DNA of 64,000 nt, from positions 2,122 to 66,121 of the IMG/VR virus record IMGVR_UViG_2671180676_000004; one strand, 5' to 3'. The stretch comes from a virus. Its lineage: Duplodnaviria > Heunggongvirae > Uroviricota > Caudoviricetes. Positions 39,377-49,400 of the stretch are shown here, in pieces. A program made the position numbers and the translations under genes. Below the pieces are notes generated by a model that ran no database searches, was not told the origin of the DNA, and saw only the letters and a list, made by a program, of their open reading frames with translations. Position 1 is the first letter of the stretch. Every line of letters begins with the position of its first letter.

Positions 39377-42300
39377 CAAGGGAATGTCACAAAACGTAGA
39401 GTTTATCCTGTCGCTGGAAGACAAACAGTTTACAGCGTCAATCGATCGTGCGGGGAAACTGCTTACTCGATTTGGTGAGCAGGTAACAAAGCCTGCTCAA
39501 AAAATCCAAACCTTTGAACGCTCTTTGGGTTCGGTCGCCCGTATCATGGGCGTTCTGGAAAGCAAGCTCGATTCTACGGCAGATAAACTACAGGATGTAG
39601 CTGCCGGTTTTGAGCTTGCTTCAGATGCTACGCGTAAAATGCGTGGCAACATCACCAGCCTCAATTCTGGTCTTAAAGCCCTGATTGAGCGCGTCGATAC
39701 GACAACTTCTTCAGTAGATAAACTCACCGCGTCATTACGTAAAGTGCAATCAGAGCTAAATGATTTCTCTGATTGGGCGACCTATGCAAGCAAAAGCGCA
39801 AGCCGCTTTGGTACGGAGGTCAAAGAAGCCTCTGCGTCCGTGAGTGGCATGAATACGCGCCTTAATACCACGACGAAGCGACTCAGTAATTGGGGTGTCA
39901 CAACGAGTCAGGCTGCCGAGGGACTGAAAAAGGTTCGTGAGCAGATGGACGAAGTTATCGGACGTCAGCAACTGATTAGCAAGCCGGTACGCGTTCGTAC
40001 ATCTGGAAGTGGCGATGGTGGTAGCGGGCGGCGTAGCGGCGCTTCTGGCCATAGCGGTAAAAGTAACGAAGGAGGTATGTTCTCTGGCCTTCGTGGCAAC
40101 ATTTTCCTGCTTGGCGAGATCGGAGATGCAGCCAGAACGGTTACTGACATAATGTTTGGGTGGCAGAAGCCTATTGTTGAAGCTGCGGCCGAAATGGAAC
40201 GTATGCGGGTGATGCTTCGAGGGTTGAATAAGGAGAAGTCCAACCCGGGCCAGGCTGCCGCTGATGATATGAAGTACATCGTAGACATGGCGCAAAATGC
40301 GCCGTTCGCGATGCAGGCGTTAACAGATTCCTTCGTGAAGTTTCGTTCTGCTGGCTTAGATCCAACCGATGGTTCTCTGAAGGCGCTGGTGGACTCCGTT
40401 GCTCGTTTTGGTGGTGATAGTGAGCTGTTGAAACGTGCGGCTGTGGCCGTTCAGCAGATGTCCGGTAAGGGCGTTGTGTCAATGGAAGAGCTACGTCAGC
40501 AATTAGGTGAAGCCGTTCCTAACGCGATGCAGGCAATGGCAGACGCCGCAGGCATCACTATGGGGGAACTGACTAAAGCCGTTGCCAGCGGTACGGTTGA
40601 GGCAAAACAGGCGTTGTCTCTGATGTTTGTTGGTCTGCGTGCGGAGAATGAGAACGCAGCGAAAGACATGATGCAAACCTACACAGGTGCGCTGGCACAA
40701 CTTCAGACCTCATTTACGCTATTTGCAGATCGTGTTGGTCAGGCCGGATATCTGGATTCTCTATCAAAGGGGATGAAAGAACTGGCTTCAATCATGAATA
40801 GCGCGGAAGGGATTTCGTTTGCCAATTCTTTAGGTTCGGGGTTAACGACGGCAATCGATGGGTTGCGTCAGCTTGCTCAATGGTTAGCAAAGAACCAAGA
40901 GTTGGTAATTAATCTCGGTAAGGTTGTGGCCGCGATGGTTGCGTTCAAACTGATGCGAGCAGGGGTCATGGGGGTAGTTGGCGCTGGCAGCCAGATGGTT
41001 AGCACCTTTGCCACGATGGCGACCGCTATACAGACTCCATTTAACCTCGGCGCTACAGCAGTAACTCGATTCAATCGTGCGGCACGTATGGGGCTGGCTC
41101 CGATCCCCTCTCTTATTTTCGCCATCCGTGGGGCGATTACGGGGCTTAAAGGCGCTTTTGCAGGATTAACGGCGTTCATTGCGGCAAACCCTATAGGGGC
41201 AGCATTTACAGTCGCCACTGTAGCTGTTGCTGGCCTAATCACGTACATGACCATGCTCCGCAGCGAAACTTCAAAGGTCGTTGACGAGATTAGGAAAATA
41301 CCAGAGGCGATGACGGCGGCCAAACGTGCACAAATGGCCGACCGCGCAGAAAAGCTCGAAAAGCAGATTCTTGCTGATCAACGAGCATTAAAAACTGGTG
41401 AGGGTGTTAATTACGTATCTAACTCTGCCGGTGTTATTACTCACAAAGAGTCGAAGGCTGACATCGAAGCACGCCTGAAAAAAAATCAGGAGGAGTATCA
41501 AAAGATAACCGGCACGATAGCTCTTGGTGACGGCGCTGTAGCAAAGCGTTTGGCTAAAGAGGCTGCCGAATCTCAGATTGAGAAAATTCGAGCGGAAAAC
41601 CAGATTTTCGCGGCAACATTCGTGAAAGCCCGGCAAGAGGCTCTGGATAAGATCCAGAAAATCAATGATGACGGTTCACTTTCAGATGACGAAAAGAACA
41701 AGCTATTGGCACCGTTACGTGAAACGGTAAACAAAAGCTATCTGGAGCCTGCGCAAAAACTGGTTGATTCACTTTCTTCTCGTAAGAATGCGACCGAGAA
41801 GCAAATTGCGACTCTTAATGATCAGCTTGAAAAAGCCAAAAAGGATGGAAATACCGAGCAGATCCAGAAACTGCAAGGCAGTATTCGTGGTTATCAGGAG
41901 CATTTGGAAGCCGTTGCTCAGGAGCTGACTCAGGCAGAGTTCGAGAGAGATAACGCGGCCAAAACTGGTAAGGGCGTAATGTCAAACCAGGGGACTGTTC
42001 TTGGGTTAGGTACAACTGATAAAGCTGCTCAGAAGGCGCTGGCGCAATATATGCGAAACCAGATGGATTCTGCGACTTATCAACGTACTTTGCCTGACGG
42101 CACTCCGATGATGGACTTCGAAGGTAAGCCGATTATTGGGCCTAAACAACTCAAGACGCAGCTTAATTTGCAGAAAGCATCCAGTGCCAGCTCTCTGGAG
42201 AAAATGAGCGATGAAGAGCGTGCCGCAGCCATTGCCGCACTTACTAAAGCTCGTGAACAGGATGCCGCAGCCGCCGAGAAAGCAGCCCAACGATCAGCTA

Positions 42301-43955
42301 ATGCCTCGCAGCGTGCGGCCAAGAAAGAACAGGCAGCGCAACAGAAACTGGCGGCCGGATATCAGAAGGCTCTGGATAAAGCCGATCAGCTTATGGGGCA
42401 AATGGGTGAAAGCTCTAAGGCTACGGTATCGTTTGATCAGTCTCTTCGCGATACAACAAAATCGCTAACTGATTTGGCTAATGCGATTCCTAACGAGTTC
42501 ATCACTCAAGAGATGATCGACAAGGCGAAAAAACGTCTTGAAGACCTCAAAAATGCGACACCTGAATATCGCGAGATGTTTAATCGCCGCAATGTTGAGC
42601 AGATGATCTCCACTTGGGCACCGGAGGCGGATTCCATTATTAGTGCTGGCTATACGCCATCTCGCGAAGAGAAAGTTGCTGATTTCGAAGACACCTACAA
42701 CCGCAATCTCAAAGCGTTGATAGAACTTCGTGATAAGGCGTCTGATCCTAAAGTTGTGGCGCTTTATACAAAGAAAATCAATCAACTGATTGCTGCTGGC
42801 AATACCGCGCTTATTAAAGAGACGGGGACTGCGACGCAGAAGTTGGCACTGGAATACGAAAACCTGGCAGAGCAGGTCGAAAGCACCTGGACTGATTTGT
42901 TTAGTGGCTTAACTGATGTCCTGACTGATTTCGTTATTAACGGGAAGATGAGCTTCTCCAGCCTATCTCAGTCCATTTTGAAAGATATCACCAATATGGT
43001 CGTGAAGTCGCAGATCACGCTGCCTCTAATGAACATGTTGGGGATGGGAACCACCGCAGCTGGTAGTTCACAGAGTGGCAATTTGCTGACCGGGGTTGCT
43101 TCTGCCGTTGCCAATCAAGGTGTACGAATGGGCAACACTGTTAATGGCGACAAGTCGGTAGGAGAAGCCACGAAGGAGACGTCCAGTTCGGTAACTGGAT
43201 TGGGGCAAACAACACAGCAGACCACCAGCGCAATTGGCACAGCAACAAATGCGATTGGTAGCTGGGTATCGGGGCTATTTGATAGCACCGAAGCCAAAGA
43301 TGCTGAGACAAAAGCAGTGAAGGACTCCATCTTCTCGATGCAGAATCTCAGCTCTGTTACCGGCGCTCTGTCAGCCGCGTTTGCAATGCTTGGAGCTAAT
43401 GCTTCCGGCTCTGGTAATAAGTGGTTGAATTTCGGCGCGACAGTTGCATCTGGTTTGGTTTCAGTATGGGCTGGTGGTGGATTCGATGGATTGATGTCCG
43501 GTTCTTCTGGCTCAACTTCCGGGTTCAACAATCTGACCAGTTCTGCTGCCGATGGCACGAATGGTATTCCTGCAATTCCGAAGTTTGCAAATGGTGGCAT
43601 ATTCGGAAAAGACGGCGTGATCCCGCTCCGGGCATACCAGAAAGGCGGTATCGCCAACTCACCTCAATTGGCGTTGTTTGGGGAAGGCGATATGAATGAG
43701 GCGTATGTTCCATTGCCTGATGGTCGAACAATCCCTGTAACGCTCAGTACCGATGGTATGAGTGGAGGAGGAAATGTTCTTTCTCCGGTATCAATTGAGA
43801 TCAACGTCCATAGTGACGGTAGCACAACTGAATCCGGCGATACAGAAAGCATATGGAACAATGCCGCTCAACGGATGAAAGCAATCGCGCTTGAGACTAT
43901 CGCTCAAGAGAAACGCCCTGGCGGATCACTCAACCCAAACACTCAACGTAACTAA
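39363..43955 (+). CDS. tape measure protein
   Basis: 1530 aa, helical N-terminal half, Gly/Ser-rich C-terminal region; position after G/T chaperones. Confidence 0.85.
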   Translation: MAEDDKGMSQNVEFILSLEDKQFTASIDRAGKLLTRFGEQVTKPAQKIQTFERSLGSVARIMGVLESKLDSTADKLQDVAAGFELASDATRKMRGNITSLNSGLKALIERVDTTTSSVDKLTASLRKVQSELNDFSDWATYASKSASRFGTEVKEASASVSGMNTRLNTTTKRLSNWGVTTSQAAEGLKKVREQMDEVIGRQQLISKPVRVRTSGSGDGGSGRRSGASGHSGKSNEGGMFSGLRGNIFLLGEIGDAARTVTDIMFGWQKPIVEAAAEMERMRVMLRGLNKEKSNPGQAAADDMKYIVDMAQNAPFAMQALTDSFVKFRSAGLDPTDGSLKALVDSVARFGGDSELLKRAAVAVQQMSGKGVVSMEELRQQLGEAVPNAMQAMADAAGITMGELTKAVASGTVEAKQALSLMFVGLRAENENAAKDMMQTYTGALAQLQTSFTLFADRVGQAGYLDSLSKGMKELASIMNSAEGISFANSLGSGLTTAIDGLRQLAQWLAKNQELVINLGKVVAAMVAFKLMRAGVMGVVGAGSQMVSTFATMATAIQTPFNLGATAVTRFNRAARMGLAPIPSLIFAIRGAITGLKGAFAGLTAFIAANPIGAAFTVATVAVAGLITYMTMLRSETSKVVDEIRKIPEAMTAAKRAQMADRAEKLEKQILADQRALKTGEGVNYVSNSAGVITHKESKADIEARLKKNQEEYQKITGTIALGDGAVAKRLAKEAAESQIEKIRAENQIFAATFVKARQEALDKIQKINDDGSLSDDEKNKLLAPLRETVNKSYLEPAQKLVDSLSSRKNATEKQIATLNDQLEKAKKDGNTEQIQKLQGSIRGYQEHLEAVAQELTQAEFERDNAAKTGKGVMSNQGTVLGLGTTDKAAQKALAQYMRNQMDSATYQRTLPDGTPMMDFEGKPIIGPKQLKTQLNLQKASSASSLEKMSDEERAAAIAALTKAREQDAAAAEKAAQRSANASQRAAKKEQAAQQKLAAGYQKALDKADQLMGQMGESSKATVSFDQSLRDTTKSLTDLANAIPNEFITQEMIDKAKKRLEDLKNATPEYREMFNRRNVEQMISTWAPEADSIISAGYTPSREEKVADFEDTYNRNLKALIELRDKASDPKVVALYTKKINQLIAAGNTALIKETGTATQKLALEYENLAEQVESTWTDLFSGLTDVLTDFVINGKMSFSSLSQSILKDITNMVVKSQITLPLMNMLGMGTTAAGSSQSGNLLTGVASAVANQGVRMGNTVNGDKSVGEATKETSSSVTGLGQTTQQTTSAIGTATNAIGSWVSGLFDSTEAKDAETKAVKDSIFSMQNLSSVTGALSAAFAMLGANASGSGNKWLNFGATVASGLVSVWAGGGFDGLMSGSSGSTSGFNNLTSSAADGTNGIPAIPKFANGGIFGKDGVIPLRAYQKGGIANSPQLALFGEGDMNEAYVPLPDGRTIPVTLSTDGMSGGGNVLSPVSIEINVHSDGSTTESGDTESIWNNAAQRMKAIALETIAQEKRPGGSLNPNTQRN

Positions 43956-43997
43956 CTATCGACTGCCCCGACCGGGGCAGTCTCACAAGGATGTGAG

Positions 43998-44333
43998 ATG
44001 GAAAGACAAACGTTTAATTGGTATCCAGATTACGAATCTGAAAAAAGCGTAAAACCGAATGTAACGGTACTTAATTTTGGTGATGACTACGAGCAGCGAC
44101 AGGCTCAAGGTCTTAATCGTATTAAAGAAGAATGGTCGTTAACCTTTACCAGATCATACAACGAAATTAATGCAATCGATGACTTCCTGACTGAGCGATC
44201 AGGCGTTGAATCGTTCTATTGGGTTAATCCAAGAGGCAAGCAGATTGTAGTTGTATGTGACAGTCATACGGTCAAGCGATATCAGGGGCACTGTGTCTTA
44301 ACTGCTACATTCAGACAAGTATTTGAGGCTTAA
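43998..44333 (+). CDS. minor tail protein (gpM-like)
   Basis: 111 aa; position and size in lambda-like M-L-K-I-J order. Confidence 0.65.
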   Translation: MERQTFNWYPDYESEKSVKPNVTVLNFGDDYEQRQAQGLNRIKEEWSLTFTRSYNEINAIDDFLTERSGVESFYWVNPRGKQIVVVCDSHTVKRYQGHCVLTATFRQVFEA

Positions 44334-44415
44334 GTATCTGGATAAGTAAGTACTAATCTACTATCATTGTGGCGCTGACAGGATGTTAGCGCCTACTTAT
44401 TTCAAGGATGAAACA

Positions 44416-45114
44416 ATGGGAATTAAAGCTGATATTCAGAGCTTATCTCCCTCTGCACTCATTGAGTTGTTCGTACTGGATATGTCGAACACAACTTCAG
44501 GGGGGAAGCTATTCTTCCACGCCGGAACAAACGAACTGATGCAACCGGTCGTCTGGCAAGGGGTGACATACGAGCCGTGGCCAATCAAAGCATCAGGCTT
44601 TGACAAAACGGGCCAGGGAACGTTGCCACGTCCAAAAATTCAGGTATCGAACTTTGCCGGAACCGTCTCTGCGGAAGTTCAGGCGAACGACGATCTTGTT
44701 GGCTGCCGCATTATTCGCAAGATGACGCTGGCTCGCTTCCTCGATGCCGTTAATTTTAAAGACGGCAACCCAACAGCAGATCCAAACCAACATTTCCCGG
44801 ATGAAATGTGGTTTATCGAACAGAAAACTCTCGAAACTCATCAGGTTGTCGAGTTTGAATTGTCCAGTGTGTTCGATTTGATGGGGGTGCAACTGCCGTA
44901 TCGTCAGATCATTAAAAACACCTGCCCGTGGAAATACCGAGGGCCAGAATGCGGCTATACCGGTCCATATTTCGACAAAAATAACCAGCAGACGTCTATG
45001 TCTGGTGCGGATTACTGCACAAAACGTTATGACGCCTGTAATGCGCGTCGGAATTATTTTGCCGACGGTGTGATCCATTTTGGCGGATTTATTGGAGCTA
45101 CGCGGTATGGGTAA
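44416..45114 (+). CDS. minor tail protein (gpL-like)
   Basis: ATG 44416 with AAGGA upstream; conserved Cys cluster near C-terminus. Confidence 0.65.
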   Translation: MGIKADIQSLSPSALIELFVLDMSNTTSGGKLFFHAGTNELMQPVVWQGVTYEPWPIKASGFDKTGQGTLPRPKIQVSNFAGTVSAEVQANDDLVGCRIIRKMTLARFLDAVNFKDGNPTADPNQHFPDEMWFIEQKTLETHQVVEFELSSVFDLMGVQLPYRQIIKNTCPWKYRGPECGYTGPYFDKNNQQTSMSGADYCTKRYDACNARRNYFADGVIHFGGFIGATRYG

Positions 45115-45904
45115 TAAAGCAATCCCTGAGCTTGGCTCTGACGTTATGCAGCAAATCTATCTCTGCGCCATAAATCGCTACCCTAATGAAGCGTGTGGCT
45201 TTCTGGTTAGAACTAATGGCGACAAATATCGCTTTATGGAAGCGCGGAATGTTTCGGAGAACCCGCAGAACACTTTTGTAATGCACGTTGACGACATTAT
45301 GGCGGCAGAGGATGCGGGTGATGTTATCGCAATCTGGCATTCACATACTGATGAATCAGCAGAAGCATCTGATGCCGATCGTGCAGGCTGCGAAGCGACG
45401 GAAGTTCCGTGGATGATTCTGGCTATTCGCAAGAATGTTGAGGGAGATGCCCCTTTCCATTTTAGCGAGATGAATGTGATCACACCTGATGGTTTCGAAA
45501 TGCCATACCTGGGTAGACCGTATGTATTTGGCGTATTCGATTGCTGGATGTTGTGTCGGGACTATTTGAAGCGTGAGTTTAACGTCGAGCTTAACCCGAA
45601 CGCACACCTGCATATTCCATCGTGGTACACCGGCGATAACGACATTCTCGACCAGAACTACCGAAACGAAGGGTTGGTACGGCTTGCGCCTGGAACAGAG
45701 CCTCAACGTGGGGACGTCTTCTTTATTCAATACGGGAAAATGCCAGATCACTGCGCGGTTTATATCGGTGATGGAATGATTCTTCATCACCAGATCGACC
45801 GTCTTAGTTGTCGTGCTTATTACGGCGGAATGTATCAGAAACATACGACGCATCACTTGCGTCACAGAGACTTGCTCAAGGGAGATGAGACGTGTCTGAG
45901 TTAG
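45107..45904 (+). CDS. tail assembly protein (gpK-like; MPN/JAMM plus NlpC/P60-type domains)
   Basis: ATG 45107 overlapping previous stop; HSHTDESAEASDADR JAMM-like motif; Cys/His pair (FDCW...HH) in C-terminal half. Confidence 0.65.
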   Translation: MGNKAIPELGSDVMQQIYLCAINRYPNEACGFLVRTNGDKYRFMEARNVSENPQNTFVMHVDDIMAAEDAGDVIAIWHSHTDESAEASDADRAGCEATEVPWMILAIRKNVEGDAPFHFSEMNVITPDGFEMPYLGRPYVFGVFDCWMLCRDYLKREFNVELNPNAHLHIPSWYTGDNDILDQNYRNEGLVRLAPGTEPQRGDVFFIQYGKMPDHCAVYIGDGMILHHQIDRLSCRAYYGGMYQKHTTHHLRHRDLLKGDETCLS

Positions 45905-46485
45905 TTCATGTGCAGCTTGGCGGACCTATGGCTAAACATTTTGGTCGCCACTGGCATCTAAAGGTGCGCAATACAAAACAGGCTCTGGATTTAATTGAAG
46001 CCAACAAGCCTGGGTTTAAAGCATGGATGAAGCGCAATATCAAAACCTATGACAGTTACCACATCCAGATCACCAATAAACAGGGCCACAAGTGGTCTGT
46101 TGACGAAAGTGAATATCAGATGATGGGGCAGTCTGACAACATTGCCAAAATCCGCATTACACCTGTTCCGCGAGGAAGCGGTGGATCTGCTTTTGGGTGG
46201 TTTCAGACGGTAGTAGGGGCCGCTTTGTTGGTTGTATCGGCGGTAGTGATGCCTGCTTTAGCACCTCTCGGTTTGTCACTGATGATGGGCGGCATATCAC
46301 AAATCATATCGCCGCAAGCCACTAACGAAAGTGTGAGACAGGCAGATAACTCGAACTCTTATTATTTCGACGGCCCTCAAAATACAGAAAACCAGGGCAA
46401 CCCAGTACAACTTATCTATGGCGAGGAAATTCTGGTTGGCTCACAGGTTGTGAGTTCTTCAATCACGATTGACCAGCTAATGTAA
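45892..46485 (+). CDS. tail assembly protein (gpI-like)
   Basis: 197 aa with hydrophobic C-terminal half; position before J. Confidence 0.6.
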   Translation: MSELVHVQLGGPMAKHFGRHWHLKVRNTKQALDLIEANKPGFKAWMKRNIKTYDSYHIQITNKQGHKWSVDESEYQMMGQSDNIAKIRITPVPRGSGGSAFGWFQTVVGAALLVVSAVVMPALAPLGLSLMMGGISQIISPQATNESVRQADNSNSYYFDGPQNTENQGNPVQLIYGEEILVGSQVVSSSITIDQLM

Positions 46486-46496
46486 ACAAGGATTTT

Positions 46497-49400
46497 TTGA
46501 ACATGGAACAGTTCAAGAAGAAAAAGCTACCGCTGTTTATTGCCGGTGCGGGTGGTAAAAAAAGCAGCAAAAGCTCCAGCCGTACACCGGTTGAAGCCGA
46601 CGATACCGTAAATTCTCGTGCAATGGCCGCTATCCTCGATCTTCTTGGGGAAGGGGTAATTGGCGGCTTAGTAAATGGCGCAAGATCTATTTTTATCGAC
46701 GATCTGCCGATTGTAAATGAAGACGGTTCCTCCAACTTCAGCGGAATCACATGGGATTTTCGCGACGGTTCACAAGACCAGACTCCAATGTCTGGCTTTG
46801 ATTTCGTTGAAACGCCTAAATCCGTCAATATCCAGTTAAAAAAAACACATTATGTAACGGTTTCAATCGATAACGATGAAGCTGATCGGGTTCGTGTCAT
46901 CATGAAGTTTCCTTCTTTGCGAAGCATAGATAAAAAAACTGGTGACACGAACGGTACGACTGTTGAGTACAAGTTCCAGATAGCAAATGGCGACTCAACA
47001 TTTGTAGATGTGGTCGCGGAAGGTGAAAAAAGCGTTGGCATTAAGCTAACAGCAAAGAAGACCGGCGTTTATTACCGTAGCTACGAGCTGAAGCTGCCTA
47101 AGCCTGGACGCGCATACAAGGTTCGTGTAGTCCGTATTACCGATGATAACAGTAGCCAGTATCTCTATAACGATACATGGGTGGATTCAATCGGGGAAAT
47201 TGTCGATACACCGATGAACTATCCAAACTCTGTTTTGGTTGGATTGAAGGTAAACTCTGAGCAATTCGGCAGCACCATGCCATCTCGCTCTTATCTGGTG
47301 CGTGGCCTAAAAATTCGAGTACCTTCAAACTATAACGAGTCCAGTAACACTTACGCTGGGGTATGGGATGGTACTTTTAAGCTGTTGTCTTCTTCGAACC
47401 CCGCGTGGATTCTCTTTGATTTGCTGACCAATGCTCGATATGGCCTTGGTCAGTATGTGTCGGAATCTATGATTGACCTTGGCCAGTTGTACCAGATTGG
47501 TCGATATTGTGACGAAGAGGTCGATGATGGCTTTGGTGGCAAAGAGAAACGCTTTGCAATCAATACGCAGATCACCAGTCGACAGGACGCATACCGGCTA
47601 ATTCAGGATATTGCTGGAGCATTCCGCGGCATGGTGTTTTGGGCTGGTGGGATGGTTAACATCATGCAGGATAGCCCATCAGATCCGGTAATGATGTTTA
47701 CCAACTCCAACGTCAAAGATGGATTGTTTACCTATAAAGGTTCTGCGCGTAAAGATCGCCCATCCGTTGCGCTCGTAACCTACAACAACAAGGAGGACGG
47801 TTATAAGCAAAACATCGAGTACGTCGAAGATCAGGACGCAATGCGCCGTTATGGTGAGCGTAAAACAGAAGTCGTAGCATTTGGCTGTACAAGCCGAGGG
47901 CAGGCTCACCGAGTTGGTTTGTGGCTTTTATATACCGCCAGAATGGAGTCGGATGTAATTACATTTACTGCCGGCTTAGACGCGTCATTTCTGATGCCTG
48001 GTGAAACCGTTCTGATTCAGAACAAATATCGCGCAGGCAAACGTAACTCAGGTCGAATTGTGGCGTTTACCAAAAACAGCGTCACACTCGATGCGCCTGT
48101 GTCGTTAGCCAAAGGCGGCTGCTTTATTCGAATACTGAATAAGGAAGGCAAAATCGTTGAACGCGATGTTCTTGAAACTGGCGAAAATATAACAAAAGTT
48201 ACGTTTTCAAAAGCCCTGTCTTCGGCTGAAACGCCTGTTTTGAACGGCGTCTGGACTATTACAGAACCAGACCTCGAACCTATGCGCGTTCGCATCGTTA
48301 ACATCGCGCAGGGGGAAACGCCGGGTAGCTTTGACATCACCGCTGTTGAGAACAATCCGTCTAAATATGAGGCGATCGACAATGGTGCAACGCTTATCCC
48401 TCAAAATACGACGGTATTGGACCCGACTTACTCCAAGCCGTCTAATTTGCAAATCACCGAAGGGACTTATCTCTCAAGCCCTGGCAACCTGTCAGTAAAA
48501 CTGACTGCAACATGGGAAGGGAAATCTCCAGAGTATTGGATCAGTTGGCGACGTTCTGATGAAAACAATGTATCGAACTGGCAATCGGCGCGTGTAACCG
48601 AAGAGCAATACGAAATCGTTAATGTTGCGGAGAATGGACGCTACGACTTCCAGCTGTATGCGGTTTCATTCAACGGTAAAAAAACAGAGATTATCAGTAC
48701 CGTTTATCAGGTGCTGGGCACAATGACACCGCCAGATGCCCCAACGTCATTAACGGCCGTTGGAGACTATCGTAATGTGATACTGAATTGGGTTAATCCA
48801 GATTCGGTAGACCTTGATCACATTAATGTTTACGCATCCCAGACCAACAATCTGGATACGGCGAAACTGATCGCAGAGTCTGCAAGCACCACCTTTACAC
48901 ATGCTGGTCTTGGGGATAGCGAAACGTGGTATTACTGGGTTCGAGCATCGAACAAGCGAGGTATGTTAAGTCCTCCGAACTCAAACTTGGGTACAGAGGC
49001 GACAACTCGCGATGTACTGTCGTTCCTGACTGGCAAAATTACATCTTCCGAGCTTGGTCAGGCTCTGCTTGAGGACATCAACAGCAAAGTCTCTCAAGAA
49101 GCAGTTGACGAGTTAAATGAGCATATCAACCAGAGCGTCGAATCTTTGGAGGGGTCGGTAAACGACGTTAAGGAAGATATAGCTGAATTAGATAAGCAGT
49201 TCAGCGATAACCTCGCGGATTTTGAAATAAAATTCAACGAGCGTAGCGATGCTTTGGAGAACGCACAAACCGAGCTTAAAGGTGAGGTTTCGGCAACGAT
49301 CGACAAGGTCAATGAAGCGTTTGAAAAAATTGATGCTACTGATGCTGCAATTGTTGAAATCGAAAACACCGTATCTGAACACGATAAAGCTCTCGCTAAT

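Noticed and set aside
45080-45106. Upstream TTG start for the gpK-like gene, as given in the ORF track
   Set aside because: The ATG at 45107 overlapping the preceding stop (ATGGGTAA) is the more usual coupled start; the extra nine codons are not supported by any signal.
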